NCBI GenBank assembly: GCA_965261085.1
Contig: OZ253442.1
Coordinates: forward strand, 4,203,821 to 4,267,820
Source: a bacterium
GTDB taxonomy: Bacteria; UBA8248
Reading direction: 5' to 3'
DNA length: 64,000 bases
Shown here: positions 52,022 to 62,677 of the stretch, piece after piece
How positions within the stretch are numbered: position 1 is the first letter of the stretch
Layout of the letters: each line of letters begins with the position of its first letter
Translations under genes and position numbers: made by a program
The notes under the pieces: model-generated
Told to the model about the DNA's origin: nothing
The model's database searches: none
The model's input: the letters and a program-made list of their open reading frames with translations, nothing else

Positions 52022-53623
52022 TTATTCTTTCTTTCCCCAGCCACCACCGCCCGGCGTTTCAAGACGTACCTTGTCTCCAGGCTTCGCTGAAAACCGGGCT
52101 TTACCGGAGAATTGCTGATTCTCGCCTTCCCTGATGAGCAAATTCCGGCCTTTCATCCCCGGCTCCCCTCCTTGCAGGGGCCAAGGCGCTATTTCCCGCC
52201 TCTCCGTCATGAATGAAACGGTGGCGTCTCCCAGGAGTTCGATTTCTCGAACAATGCCGTCGCCACCCCTATTTTTCCCCCGACCCCCACTGCCCCGGCG
52301 AACGGTGTACCGGCTCACACGAAACGGGTAGGCATGCTCAAGCGCTTCAATCGGGGTGTTAAGGGTGTTGGTCAAATGGGTATGAATCGCATCCTCCCCT
52401 GCGCCCCATGGCCCCCCACCCATGCCGCCGCCCGTGGTCTCATAATAGGCGTATGGACGACCCTGCCTGGGTCCCGGGCGATGGTCTATTCCTCCTACAG
52501 TGAGGTTGTTCATCGTGCCGCAGGAAGCGGCGGGGATTTTATCGGGGCAGGCTTTCGAGAGAGCACCGAGTATCACGTCCACCATCCTCTGGCTCGTCTC
52601 CACGTTTCCCCCCGCAACAGCCGCGGGAAATTCCGCATTCACTACCGTGCCCGACGGCGCAATCACTTCAATGGGAGTCATGCAGCCTGAATTGTTCGGG
52701 ATATCATACGGCACCAGGCAGCGCAGAGCGTAATAGGCCGCCGTGCGGGCGATGGATTCCACGGCATTCACGCTTCCTTGCGTCTGTGGAGCCGAGCCGG
52801 TGTAATCGACGCGCATCCTGGAGCCGCGTATGGTGATTTCCACCCGTATCGGAACAGCGCCGCTGCCGAAACCATCATCATCCATGAAATCCTCGAAACG
52901 GTAACGTCCATCGGGTATGTCCCGAATCACCGCCTTCGTCAGACGCTCGGCATACCTTTGAAGCTCCACCGTATAGCGCAGCGTCTCGGCCAAGCCATGT
53001 CGCTCGATGATCTCCAGAATTCTCCGCTCACCCACGCGATTCGCCGCGATTTGCGCGGCGATGTCTCCCTTGCGCTCCTCGGCCGTACGCACGTTCGAGA
53101 GTATGAGGGCCAAAATATCTTCCTCCATCTCTCCCCGGCGCACGAGCTTCACCGGCGGAATCACCACGCCATCCTGAAATATCTCCGTCGTAATGCTCAT
53201 CGAACCAGGCGCGATGCCGCCCACATCCGCATGATGCGCCCGATTGGCCACGTAATAAATCAGTTTGTCTTTTCTTCTCTCCCTGACGTATACGGGCGAA
53301 ATCATGGTGATATCCGGCAGGTGGTTCCCCCCGTGGAAAGGGTCGTTCAACACGACTACGTCACCCGGTTCAAGCACCATCCGCTCGATGACGTATTCCA
53401 CGGACATCGGCATGGAACCCAAATGAGCGGGCAGATGCGCCGCCTGAGCCGCCATCCGGCCTTTTACGTCGAATATGGCGCATGAGTAATCTTTTCTTTC
53501 TTTGATATTCGGGGAAAAAGAAGAGCGGCACAGCGCCACGCCCATCTCTTCTGAGGCCGCAAACAATAGATTGCGAAAAACTTCCAGGAGTATCGGATCG
53601 TATTTACCCGCCATCGCGCTCAC
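52022..53623 (-). CDS. Hydantoinase B/oxoprolinase family protein
   Basis: SPNIKERKDYSC, NDPFHGGNHLPD, HHADVGG, TPGGGGWG. Confidence 0.93.
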   Translation of the reverse strand: MSAMAGKYDPILLEVFRNLLFAASEEMGVALCRSSFSPNIKERKDYSCAIFDVKGRMAAQAAHLPAHLGSMPMSVEYVIERMVLEPGDVVVLNDPFHGGNHLPDITMISPVYVRERRKDKLIYYVANRAHHADVGGIAPGSMSITTEIFQDGVVIPPVKLVRRGEMEEDILALILSNVRTAEERKGDIAAQIAANRVGERRILEIIERHGLAETLRYTVELQRYAERLTKAVIRDIPDGRYRFEDFMDDDGFGSGAVPIRVEITIRGSRMRVDYTGSAPQTQGSVNAVESIARTAAYYALRCLVPYDIPNNSGCMTPIEVIAPSGTVVNAEFPAAVAGGNVETSQRMVDVILGALSKACPDKIPAASCGTMNNLTVGGIDHRPGPRQGRPYAYYETTGGGMGGGPWGAGEDAIHTHLTNTLNTPIEALEHAYPFRVSRYTVRRGSGGRGKNRGGDGIVREIELLGDATVSFMTERREIAPWPLQGGEPGMKGRNLLIREGENQQFSGKARFSAKPGDKVRLETPGGGGWGKKE

Positions 53624-55639
53624 TCAGCTTAAGTTCTTCAATATCAGATTGCCCCAATCATCCACCCGGCATTCCCAGCCTGGAGAAACGACCGTCGTGG
53701 CGCTGAACTCGCACACCAGCGCCGGGCCCTTAAAGCGATTGCCACGAGAAAACATATCCCGCGCATATACCGAACCCTCGACTTCTCTTCCTGCAAAAAT
53801 CATTTTTCGCCTTCCCATGTGCGCATGAGAAATACTTTTGGGAGCTTTGGGAAGCCGCCTCATGGGCGGACGCTCCACCTCGCCGACGACCCGCACCCTG
53901 AGCGTCACGATCTCGATGGCGCTCTCGGGGCTCGAAGTGCCGAAGCGTTCATCGTGCAACCTATCAAACGCCGCTCTAAGACTCTTGCGAAGGTCCACGC
54001 CCGTCTCGGGTCGATAGGGAAGCGTTAATTCGTATGATTGCCCGAGATAGCGCATATCGATGAAGAACGAAAAGGCGGGTTTCGCGAAACCCTCGAATTT
54101 CAAGTTATCCCGCCCTTTTTTGAGCAAAGGTGCAAAATGACCAGCCAGAGATTTCTTGCTCAACCCCTCGAGCGGCAGCAGGACCGTTCTGGCATAGTCT
54201 TTCACCACGTCCGCTGTCAGCATACCCCGCGCGGAGAGAATCCCCGGGTCATTGGGAACGATGACGTGCGGAATCCTGAGGATCTCCGCCAAAGAGCAGG
54301 CGTGCATCGCCCCCGCGCCACCAAAGGAGATCAGGGCGAATTCACGCGGATCGTGACCGCGCTCCACGCTAATCAAGCGAATCGCGCGCGCCATGTGCTG
54401 GTTGGCTACGCGAATGACGCCTTCGGCCGCTTGCCGAGCGTCGAGGCGCAAGGATTTCGCCAGACGTGCGATGCCGACTTTCACCGGCTCCATGTCCAGG
54501 CCCATCCTGCCACCCAAGAATCGTTCGGGATCGAGACGACCGAGAAACAGATTCGCATCCGTGACGGTAACATCGCTTCCCTTCCCGTAGCATATGGGGC
54601 CCGGATCGGCGCCCGCACTCTGTGGGCCGACGGCCAGAGCCCCACCCGGATCGACCCGGGCGATCGAGCCGCCTCCCGCGCCTACCGTGTGAATGTCGAT
54701 GAGGGGAACCCGAATCGGACAACCGGCCACCTCTGTTTCCGCCGTGAAACCAATGCCGCCATGCAGCAAGGACACGTCCGTACTCGTTCCGCCCATATCG
54801 AATGCGATCGCATTTTCAAACCCCGCTCTTCTCGCCACTTCATAGGCACCCACAACGCCGCCGGCAGGCCCGGACAAAATGGTCCGGATGGCCTCCTCGC
54901 CCGCCATCGTGCTCGAGATGACGCCGCCGTTGCTCTGCATGATCCGCAAACGCGCCGAATCAAGACGTAATTCTAAATCCTTCAAATATCTATTCATCAT
55001 CGGAGATACATAGGCATTCACACACGTTGTGCTCATACGCTCGTATTCCCTGAATTCAGGAAGCACCTGGCTGGACATCGACACATGAATGCCGCTTCGC
55101 CGTACCGCGTCAGCCACTTTCTCTTCATGAGAAGGATTCGCATAAGAGTGCAGCAGGCAGATGGCGACGGACTCGACACCCGCTTTCTGGAGTTTTTGTT
55201 TCAGCGCTCTGATGGCTGAATCCTTTAAGCGAAGGAGCTCACCACCTTTTTCGTCCAGGCGTTCCGCCACGCCCATCCTGAGATTCCTCGGCACCAAGGC
55301 CGGGGGCCTGCGATACGCCAGATTGTAGAGTTCTTTTCGGTTTTGGCGGCCGATTTCGATCAGATCCTCAAAACCGGCCGTCGTCACAAGAGCGGTTTTC
55401 GCGCCACGGCGCGTGAGCAGGGCATTCGTCGCCACTGTGGAGCCATGGGTGATATCCATAGCGACGCCGTGACCCTCTAAAAGTTCATCCAACCCCTGGA
55501 GGATGGCGCGCTCAGGCGCGTCGGGCGTGGAAGGCACTTTATGAATTCGCACCCGGTCGCCATCGAACGAAATGAAATCGGTAAAAGTTCCACCCGTGTC
55601 GACGCCGATCCTAAGTGTTTTTTTTTCCCGCCCACGCAT
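53624..55639 (-). CDS. Hydantoinase A/oxoprolinase family protein
   Basis: DTGGTFTD, TVATNA, SGPAGG, DMGGTS, GAGGGS, SAGADPGP. Confidence 0.93.
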   Translation of the reverse strand: MRGREKKTLRIGVDTGGTFTDFISFDGDRVRIHKVPSTPDAPERAILQGLDELLEGHGVAMDITHGSTVATNALLTRRGAKTALVTTAGFEDLIEIGRQNRKELYNLAYRRPPALVPRNLRMGVAERLDEKGGELLRLKDSAIRALKQKLQKAGVESVAICLLHSYANPSHEEKVADAVRRSGIHVSMSSQVLPEFREYERMSTTCVNAYVSPMMNRYLKDLELRLDSARLRIMQSNGGVISSTMAGEEAIRTILSGPAGGVVGAYEVARRAGFENAIAFDMGGTSTDVSLLHGGIGFTAETEVAGCPIRVPLIDIHTVGAGGGSIARVDPGGALAVGPQSAGADPGPICYGKGSDVTVTDANLFLGRLDPERFLGGRMGLDMEPVKVGIARLAKSLRLDARQAAEGVIRVANQHMARAIRLISVERGHDPREFALISFGGAGAMHACSLAEILRIPHVIVPNDPGILSARGMLTADVVKDYARTVLLPLEGLSKKSLAGHFAPLLKKGRDNLKFEGFAKPAFSFFIDMRYLGQSYELTLPYRPETGVDLRKSLRAAFDRLHDERFGTSSPESAIEIVTLRVRVVGEVERPPMRRLPKAPKSISHAHMGRRKMIFAGREVEGSVYARDMFSRGNRFKGPALVCEFSATTVVSPGWECRVDDWGNLILKNLS

Positions 55640-56649
55640 CACCGTCTCCTGTGGGGCCAAGCTTGCGGATTCAATAAATCTGGAGGGCGCTTGCCGAGCA
55701 GATAGGCCTTCACATTTTTCTCCACGCGCTCTGAAACCGTTTTTCGGCCCAGATCGGTATTCGTCCCCAGATGCGGCATCATGACCACGTTCTTCATGCG
55801 CATGAGCCTTGGTTGCGGCTCGGGCTCATGCTCGAATACATCAAGCCCCGCTCCGCCGAGGCGGCCCGAGCGAAGCGCTTCGACCAGAGCCTCCTCATCC
55901 AGAATGGGGCCTCGGGCCGTATTGATTATCACGGCCCCTTTTTTCATGAGGGCGAACTCCTCCGCCCCAATGAAATGGTGCGTGGCGTCGTTTAAGGCCA
56001 GATGCACGCTCAAAAAATCAGACTCCCTGAGAAGCCGCCGGAAAGAGCGGTACGAGACGCCCACTTCCTCTTCCATCTCGGGGCTTTTCCTGTTTCGACT
56101 CCAGTACCGGACCCTCATGCCGAACGCTTTCGCCATGCGCGCCACAGCGCAGCCGATGCGGCCCAGACCGATGATCCCCAGGACTCTGCCGTTCAGGCCC
56201 CGGCCCTCCAACAACGTGGGCGTCCAGCCCTTCCATTTTCCCGTCCGGATGTAGGAATCCGCCTCCACCACGCGCCTGCTCACCGCAAGCAGAAGCGCCA
56301 TGGCGGATTCCGCCGTAGGCTCCGTAACGACGCCGGGCGTGTTGGTAGCCAGGACTCCGCGCTTCGTGACTTCTTCCATATCGATATTGTTAAACCCGAC
56401 TCCGCAGTTGGCGACCAGTTTGAGGCGAGGCGCCGCATTCAGGAAATCAGCGTCTATGGCGTCTCCCACCATCGAGATGAGAATATCCGCATGACGCACG
56501 GCGCGCCTGTAGCTGCCGGGGCTCGGCTTCACGTCTTTTGCGTGCATGATGAATTCAGTGGATTTTTTCAATTCATCGAAATGAGGCGGAGGAAACCTCC
56601 TGGAGAGAAATACGCGCGGAAGAGCGTCCAGAGATGCCTTGCCATTCAT
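55639..56649 (-). CDS. D-2-hydroxyacid dehydrogenase (glyoxylate/D-glycerate reductase-like)
   Basis: GVGFNNID, GLGRIG, NTARG, DVFEHEP, PHLG. Confidence 0.9.
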   Translation of the reverse strand: MNGKASLDALPRVFLSRRFPPPHFDELKKSTEFIMHAKDVKPSPGSYRRAVRHADILISMVGDAIDADFLNAAPRLKLVANCGVGFNNIDMEEVTKRGVLATNTPGVVTEPTAESAMALLLAVSRRVVEADSYIRTGKWKGWTPTLLEGRGLNGRVLGIIGLGRIGCAVARMAKAFGMRVRYWSRNRKSPEMEEEVGVSYRSFRRLLRESDFLSVHLALNDATHHFIGAEEFALMKKGAVIINTARGPILDEEALVEALRSGRLGGAGLDVFEHEPEPQPRLMRMKNVVMMPHLGTNTDLGRKTVSERVEKNVKAYLLGKRPPDLLNPQAWPHRRR

Positions 56650-56651
56650 TT

Positions 56652-57815
56652 TCACAACCGCTTTACGGCATCCGCGATGCGATCGATCGCCCGTTCCAGA
56701 TTCTCCACGCTGTTGGCGAAGCACATTCTCAGGTGATTGTCCGCATGAACGCCGAAGGCGGAGCCGGGCAAAGTCGCCACTCCCACCTCATCGAGAAGAT
56801 AATCGGCGAAATCATCCGCGCTCATGGGAACCTGACTCACATTCGGAAACGCATAAAAAGCGCCCTCAGGGTATTGGCAGGATATACCTTCCACTTCGTT
56901 GAGCCCTGAAATAAAAATATCCCGCCTGCGCTTGAAATCATCCATCATGGCGCGGCTCTCGGACTGATCCTCCAAAAGCCCCTTCGCACCCGCCAACTGA
57001 ATGAAAGGGGGCACGCAACTCACCGAGTTGGTGATGAGCTGGGCCAGCGGTTCGGCAAGCGTGGCGGGAGCGGCGATGAAGCCGAGGCGCCAGCCAGTCA
57101 TGGCATACGTTTTCGAGAACGTCTCGAGCATGATGGTGCGCGCTCTCATGCCCGGCAGCGTGCCCAGGGATACGTGTTCTCCCTCGAAAAGCATGTGGGC
57201 ATACACCTCGTCCGATAAAACGATGATGTCGTTCTCCACGACGATGTCCACAATGGCGTCGAGTTCATTGCGCGTCAACGTCCCGCCGGTCGGGTTGTGC
57301 GGATAGTTCAGGATGAGGAGACGGGTTTTGTCGGTGACCCGCGCGCGCAGATCGTCCGCCGTAAACCGAAAATCATTTTCCTCCAAAATCGGCAGTGGCA
57401 CGGGCTTCGCGCCCGCATAGAGCGTCACGGACTCATAGACCGGAAAGCCCGGATCCGGATAAATCACCTCATCGCCCGGCCCCGCCGTGGCCATGATGGT
57501 GTAGTACAAAAATGGCTTTCCCCCCGGCCCGACCACGATTTCGTTCGGCGAATAATCCCCGCGTCCATCGCGCCTGAGCCATTCGCAAGCGGCTTCTCGA
57601 AGCTCCAACACACCGGCGGATGGGCAATAGTGCGTCTGGCCCGCTTTTAGTTGCAAATACGCTTCCTCCACGATGCTCGAGGGCGTGTCGAAATCGGTAT
57701 CGCCAATTTCGAGGTGGATGATGTCCCGGCCCTGGCGTTCCATTTCACTCGCTTTGGCGAGAACCACGAACGCACTTTCTGTTTTGAGCAGTTTCATCCG
57801 ATTAGCCAAACGCAT
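56652..57815 (-). CDS. Class I/II PLP aminotransferase (aspartate AT-like)
   Basis: NYPHNPTG, DEVY, FSKTYAMTGWRLG. Confidence 0.92.
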   Translation of the reverse strand: MRLANRMKLLKTESAFVVLAKASEMERQGRDIIHLEIGDTDFDTPSSIVEEAYLQLKAGQTHYCPSAGVLELREAACEWLRRDGRGDYSPNEIVVGPGGKPFLYYTIMATAGPGDEVIYPDPGFPVYESVTLYAGAKPVPLPILEENDFRFTADDLRARVTDKTRLLILNYPHNPTGGTLTRNELDAIVDIVVENDIIVLSDEVYAHMLFEGEHVSLGTLPGMRARTIMLETFSKTYAMTGWRLGFIAAPATLAEPLAQLITNSVSCVPPFIQLAGAKGLLEDQSESRAMMDDFKRRRDIFISGLNEVEGISCQYPEGAFYAFPNVSQVPMSADDFADYLLDEVGVATLPGSAFGVHADNHLRMCFANSVENLERAIDRIADAVKRL

Positions 57816-57831
57816 TTTCCATCTCCGTTTC

Positions 57832-58437
57832 TTATATCGGCGAGCGAAGAGGCGCATTCGCCACAACACCACACCTCATAAGCACATTCAATACTTCCCT
57901 CACGGGCAGACCCACCACATTGGTGTAACTTCCCTCCACCCTGTCCACCAGGCTCCCGCCCAGACCCTGAATGGCGTATGCCCCCGCCTTGCCCATGGGT
58001 TCACCACTTCTTACGTAACGCCCGATGGTTTCTTCGTCAATTTCCCGGAAGGACACCTTCGTTGTGACCGCCTCCTCATGCCGGGAACCCGCCCCGAGGA
58101 GAGTGAACGCGGTTATCACCTCGTGCGTTCGCCCCGAAAGCATACGCAGCATACGCGAGGCGTCATCCGTGCTCGATGGCTTTCCTAAAATTTTTCCCTC
58201 CAGCACGACTACGGTATCGGCTCCGAGAACAAACACACCGGAATGCGCCTTCGCCACACAGCACGCCTTGGCCAATGCGCGACACCCGGCCTCGGCTTCG
58301 GCCCCAAGCCCTGGCGCAATACCCTCCTCCACGTCCGGGGGCGCTTGTACGACATCAAAAGCAAGGCCCGCATCTTCTAAAAGCCGTTTTCTGCGCGGAG
58401 AGCCCGAAGCCAGGATAAAATGTTGGATCTGTCGCAA
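57832..58437 (-). CDS. maf: Maf nucleoside triphosphate pyrophosphatase
   Basis: ILASGSPRR, GADT, GKP, KAGAY, NVVGLP; start codon uncertain. Confidence 0.9.
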   Translation of the reverse strand: MRQIQHFILASGSPRRKRLLEDAGLAFDVVQAPPDVEEGIAPGLGAEAEAGCRALAKACCVAKAHSGVFVLGADTVVVLEGKILGKPSSTDDASRMLRMLSGRTHEVITAFTLLGAGSRHEEAVTTKVSFREIDEETIGRYVRSGEPMGKAGAYAIQGLGGSLVDRVEGSYTNVVGLPVREVLNVLMRCGVVANAPLRSPI

Positions 58438-58456
58438 GAACCAGACCTGCGGAAGG

Positions 58457-59434
58457 CTAATTGTCTCGATCAACAATGTAGTCGGCGATGTCGCGCAACA
58501 CGTCGACATGGAAGGAGTCCGGCAAAATGGAGAGAGCCGCCTTTCCCGCCTCCACGTATCCCCGGGCCCTATCAAGGGTGTAGTCCACCGCTCCGTATTT
58601 GTTCATCAACTCGAGAACGTCATCCAAATCTTCCGTGCGGATCTCATCCGCGTGAACCACCAAGTGATTCAACCTCTCGAACTCCGCATCCGTGGCCCGG
58701 GCGCAAACCCTGAGCAAAGGCAGCGTCACATTCCCCTCGCGCAGATCCTCTCCCACGGATTTGCCTATTCTCTGCGCATCGCCCATGTAATCGAGAGCGT
58801 CATCGACTAGTTGAAAGGCGTACCCGATCTGAACGCCGAACTGATGGATCGCGTCCGCAATCGTGGGTGGGCTGTCGGGGATCAAGGCGCCGACCCGACA
58901 ACTCGCGGCGATGAGGGCCGCCGTCTTGCGGTAGATGACGTCGAGATATTCCTCTTCCTTCAGCCGGAGATTGTACATATTCACCAACTGAAGCACTTCG
59001 CCTTCAGAAAGAAGGGTGCAGGCCTCGCTCATGGTTTTCATGATCCGGGGGTCCGCGTCGGAGGCCATGAGCGAGAAACTCTTGGCGAAGAGGAAATCGC
59101 CCACCAAGACGCTCGTCTCATTACTCCACTTGGAGTTCGCGGATGGATTGCCCCGCCTCATTTGCGCATCATCCACCACGTCATCATGAAGCAGCGTGGC
59201 CGTGTGGATGTACTCCACTACACAACCCATCGTCGTGGCGCGCGGACCCTCATAGCCGCACGCCTTGGCGACGAGCACCAAGAGCATCGGCCTGATTCTC
59301 TTGCCGCCGGAGCCAATAAGATAATCACTCACATCGGGTATCAAGACGACGTCCGAATGAAAATTCGCCTGAATCGCTTCTTCCACATCATTGAGTTCAG
59401 AAGCGATTGAATCCACAATCTCAGAAAATTTCAT
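58457..59434 (-). CDS. ispB: Long-chain polyprenyl diphosphate synthase
   Basis: GGKRIRP, LHDDVVD..RRG, FQLVDDALD; GGAGGT RBS. Confidence 0.88.
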   Translation of the reverse strand: MKFSEIVDSIASELNDVEEAIQANFHSDVVLIPDVSDYLIGSGGKRIRPMLLVLVAKACGYEGPRATTMGCVVEYIHTATLLHDDVVDDAQMRRGNPSANSKWSNETSVLVGDFLFAKSFSLMASDADPRIMKTMSEACTLLSEGEVLQLVNMYNLRLKEEEYLDVIYRKTAALIAASCRVGALIPDSPPTIADAIHQFGVQIGYAFQLVDDALDYMGDAQRIGKSVGEDLREGNVTLPLLRVCARATDAEFERLNHLVVHADEIRTEDLDDVLELMNKYGAVDYTLDRARGYVEAGKAALSILPDSFHVDVLRDIADYIVDRDN

Positions 59435-59621
59435 TCCACCTCCGACCTGCGAGAGCCACCCCCCACTGCAGGGTTTCTTTCTCTCGACATTTTCCCCGAA
59501 AGCCGATCTCGAAAGCAACTCAACCTATTGAGGAGGCGCTTGAGTGTCAAGGCGATGAAACGCCCCTTTTCCTCAAGGCGAAGCTCGGCTATGTTGCCAG
59601 AAATGAAGCAATTATCCAACC

Positions 59622-60017
59622 GTGGGGAGAACTTTGATTTTGGGTAAAAAAATTCAAATCACCGCCGGCAATCTGAAAATGTCGGCGGAACTAACCGAGG
59701 GCGAAACCACGAACGCCTTGTGGGAGGCCCTGCCGATTACCGGTATGGCGAACGTCTGGGGTGAGGAAATCTATTTCTCGATTCCTGTGGAGGCGCCGTT
59801 GGAGGATTCTGCGCGCGAGGAGATGGAAGTCGGTGAAATCGCCTACTGGCCTCCTGGCAGCGCGTTTTGCATTTTCTTTGGCCGCACCCCGGCGAGCGTG
59901 GACGATGCGCCCCGCGCGGCCAGCCCCGTGAATCCACTCGGGAAAGTGGATGGCGACGCGAAAGATTTCCTCAACATCCGCTCAGGAGAAGAAGTTCGCC
60001 TGGAGAAAACACCGTGA
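59622..60017 (+). CDS. Cyclophilin-like fold protein (DUF369-like)
   Basis: WGEEIYF, GEIAYWPPG.AFCIFFG.TP; true start may be TTG 59634 or 59640. Confidence 0.8.
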   Translation: MGRTLILGKKIQITAGNLKMSAELTEGETTNALWEALPITGMANVWGEEIYFSIPVEAPLEDSAREEMEVGEIAYWPPGSAFCIFFGRTPASVDDAPRAASPVNPLGKVDGDAKDFLNIRSGEEVRLEKTP

Positions 60018-61267
60018 ACTCCGAGGGACCGAAAGACGGCTACATCCTCATTCATTACGACGAGATTGGGCTCAAGGGGAAAAATCGCCCGATTTTCATC
60101 GATCGTCTCGCCAAGAGGGTCGAGCGTGCGGCTTCTTTGTTTTGTGAAGCGAAAGTCAAAAAACGCACGGGAAGACTTATTCTGGAAACAACCGGCCTCA
60201 AAGATTCAGACGCTCTGATCGAGGCGCTCGGCAAAGTGTTCGGACTGGCCTATTTCGCCAGGGCGCAAAAAATTCCGCTTGACCTAGAAGCGGCGACAAA
60301 AACGGCGCTCGATATGATAGCTCCCCTAAAAATCAAAAATTTTCGGGTGCGAACCCGAAAATCGTTCCCTTCCACGCCCGTCAGCACGAGGGAGTGGGAC
60401 AAAACCATCGGCTCAAAGATTCAGGCCAGAAGACATCTTCCGGTCGATTTGGAGCATCCCGGCCTGACGGTCCACATCGAAGTCATTCCAAGAGAAGCCT
60501 GGGTGTACGTGGAGAAAATACCGGGTCCGGGCGGTCTGCCCATCAGCTCGCTCGGAAGGGTGGCGGCGCTCCTCTCCGGCGGCATCGATTCTCCACTAGC
60601 CGCCTGGCGCATCATGAAGCGCGGCTGCGAAGTGGTGTTCATCCATTTTCATGGCGTTCCCTATCTCAGCCGCGCATCCGCCGATAAAGCGGAAGATTTG
60701 GTCCAGGTCCTGAACAGCTACCAGTTGGGCAGCAGGCTGTATATGGTGCCGTTCGGAAACCTGCAAAAGGAGATCGTTCTCGCCACGCAGCCCGAATATC
60801 GCGTCGTCCTTTACCGCCGGTTCATGACGCGCATCGGCGAGCGAATAGCCAAACTCGAAAATGCCCGCGCCCTGGTCACCGGAGAGAGCCTGGGCCAGGT
60901 GGCGAGCCAGACGCTTCCGAATCTGGCCGCTATCGAGGATGCGGTGCAAATCCCGATTCTCAGACCCCTGATCGGCATGGACAAAGCGGAGATCATCGAA
61001 CAGGCGAAGGGAATCGACACGTTCGACATTTCCATTGAGCCCGACCAGGATTGCTGCTCGTTGTTCGTACCCAAACACCCGGCCATTCGCTCTCAAGCGG
61101 GCCACCTGCGCGGGATCGAATCACGCCTGCCCGTCAATGAAATGATCGAAAAAGTAATTCATGAAACAGAAATCATAGATCTCGACCCCGAAGGACGGAC
61201 GAAGAATTTTTCTTTCGCCCAAATTCATCCCGCGGCCGAGGAAGCACGCATCCTGCCGAATGCGTAG
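60014..61267 (+). CDS. thiI: tRNA 4-thiouridine synthase (THUMP plus PP-loop, no rhodanese domain)
   Basis: EIGLKGKNR, SGGIDS, GESLGQVASQT, DCC. Confidence 0.95.
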   Translation: MNSEGPKDGYILIHYDEIGLKGKNRPIFIDRLAKRVERAASLFCEAKVKKRTGRLILETTGLKDSDALIEALGKVFGLAYFARAQKIPLDLEAATKTALDMIAPLKIKNFRVRTRKSFPSTPVSTREWDKTIGSKIQARRHLPVDLEHPGLTVHIEVIPREAWVYVEKIPGPGGLPISSLGRVAALLSGGIDSPLAAWRIMKRGCEVVFIHFHGVPYLSRASADKAEDLVQVLNSYQLGSRLYMVPFGNLQKEIVLATQPEYRVVLYRRFMTRIGERIAKLENARALVTGESLGQVASQTLPNLAAIEDAVQIPILRPLIGMDKAEIIEQAKGIDTFDISIEPDQDCCSLFVPKHPAIRSQAGHLRGIESRLPVNEMIEKVIHETEIIDLDPEGRTKNFSFAQIHPAAEEARILPNA

Positions 61268-61312
61268 GGGTATCCGTTGGTGTCAAACGCGTCCCTCGTG
61301 AGTTATAAAATT

Positions 61313-61486
61313 ACTCCCCCCTGGAGGGGGAGTCGATGAAGCCGAGCATTTTATGCGAAGGCTGAATCGGTGGGGGGTATGATTCTAAAAAAGAAGCACC
61401 CCCCACCAGTTCGCTTGCGGGCTTGCGCCCTTAGCTCACTGACAATCCCTCATTCTTCAATCGGGATTGACCCTCAAGGGGGGAGT
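61313..61486. repeat. Second copy of the palindromic REP/MITE-like element
   Basis: ACTCCCCCCTGGAGGGGGAGTCG...AAGCCGAGC...GCGAAGGCTGA...GCGGGCTT...CCCTCAAGGGGGGAGT, colinear with 9864-10013. Confidence 0.8.
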
Positions 61487-61537
61487 GGTTTTCCTATCTC
61501 ATCGTTCGGGAATAACCTTCAAGGGTGGGAGCCCATC

Positions 61538-61563
61538 GGGCGACCACGGGGGGTCGCCCCTAC
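61538..61563 (-). repeat. GTAG-type REP palindrome
   Basis: Reverse complement GTAGGGGCGACCCCCCGTGGTCGCCC; similar unit at 63853-63877. Confidence 0.75.
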
Positions 61564-61667
61564 GGTGGGTGCGGCGTTCAATCATCATTCCGGCGCATGT
61601 TGGTGACAATCTACAGGTCGGCCAGAGCCGATGAGGGTGGTTATATTGCGGCGTCCGTGCTCCCGGC

Positions 61668-61838
61668 CTACAGTTCGGATTCCCGGACGTCCACGGAGAG
61701 GCATCCCTCGACCGCCTCGTAGAGATTGCTCAACAACTCCTCGAACGTATCTCCCTGCGTCGCACACCCGGGGACGGCCGGGACCTCGGCCCAATATCCA
61801 CCTTCTTCCGCCTCGTGAACGACTACCTTGAGTTTCAC
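61668..61838 (-). CDS. Short HicB-family antitoxin with no adjacent HicA
   Basis: EEGGYWAEVPAVPGCATQGDT.EE...EAV; GTG start after GGAGG. Confidence 0.8.
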   Translation of the reverse strand: MKLKVVVHEAEEGGYWAEVPAVPGCATQGDTFEELLSNLYEAVEGCLSVDVRESEL

Positions 61839-62044
61839 GGCTTCCCCTCCCTTCGCTCGACGTCGAGCAAAATCAGTAGTTTTCACCTTGAAGGCCAGGC
61901 CCGCAAGCGTTCGTCCGAGCTTATGCTGCGGCTCTCCACGACGCTCATTCAGGAGCCGCCGATTCACGCCTACGGTCGAGTGTATCACAATGACGGCCAT
62001 CCTCCCGAACGCGTAGGCAATCGCACGGACTCGCAGGTCTCCAT

Positions 62045-62085
62045 ACAGGCACGGGGGCCTAGGACAGGTCACGACCTGTCCCTAC
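62045..62085 (-). repeat. GTAG-type REP unit(s)
   Basis: GGACAGGTCACGACCTGTCCCTAC preceded by ACAGGCACGGGGGCCT; related units at 63760-63978. Confidence 0.7.
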
Positions 62086-62177
62086 TACGGAACCTCGCGT
62101 ATCGAGACGACCCGTAGGGGCGGTGTTTGATCGTCATTCCGGCGTATGCGGGCAAAGCGAACACCGGAAACTCTCCC

Positions 62178-62579
62178 CTACCCGGCTTGTTCCCTCTCCA
62201 TGTCCGCGGCCAAATCCCTTTGATCCACGAAATGCGTGTCCTGGTGCAGGTAGCCGGCGAAATTGTCCAACCGAATCGGCCCGGCAGCCTCGAAGGCCAC
62301 CGTGTCTTCCAGGTATTCCGCCTGATGCTCGGTATGCGGCGGCACGTACCAGACGTCGCCCGGCTTCAACACCGCCACCGGTTCGTCTCCACACTGCACG
62401 CGGGCGGAGCCGCTGATGAGACAGAAAATCTGCTCCGCCTCATGGTGATGTCTCCGCGTGGAATTACCGCCTTTCGCGTGAATATAGCTGATCATGCAGT
62501 GCTTTCCGCTCACGAGGCCCACTTCCACCCCCGGGAACGGCACCTTTACAGGTAGTTCGTCCCAATTCGTCACTGGCAT
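62178..62579 (-). CDS. Cupin domain protein
   Basis: HHHEAEQ and PPHTEH metal-binding motifs. Confidence 0.85.
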   Translation of the reverse strand: MPVTNWDELPVKVPFPGVEVGLVSGKHCMISYIHAKGGNSTRRHHHEAEQIFCLISGSARVQCGDEPVAVLKPGDVWYVPPHTEHQAEYLEDTVAFEAAGPIRLDNFAGYLHQDTHFVDQRDLAADMEREQAG

Positions 62580-62677
62580 TTTCGTCTCCTTGGCAAACGT
62601 GAACCCGTCGCCCCGGTTGAAGAGGACGACGGGTTATCGCGGACATCGGAAATCGCGACGCTTCGGCCGCCTCGCGC

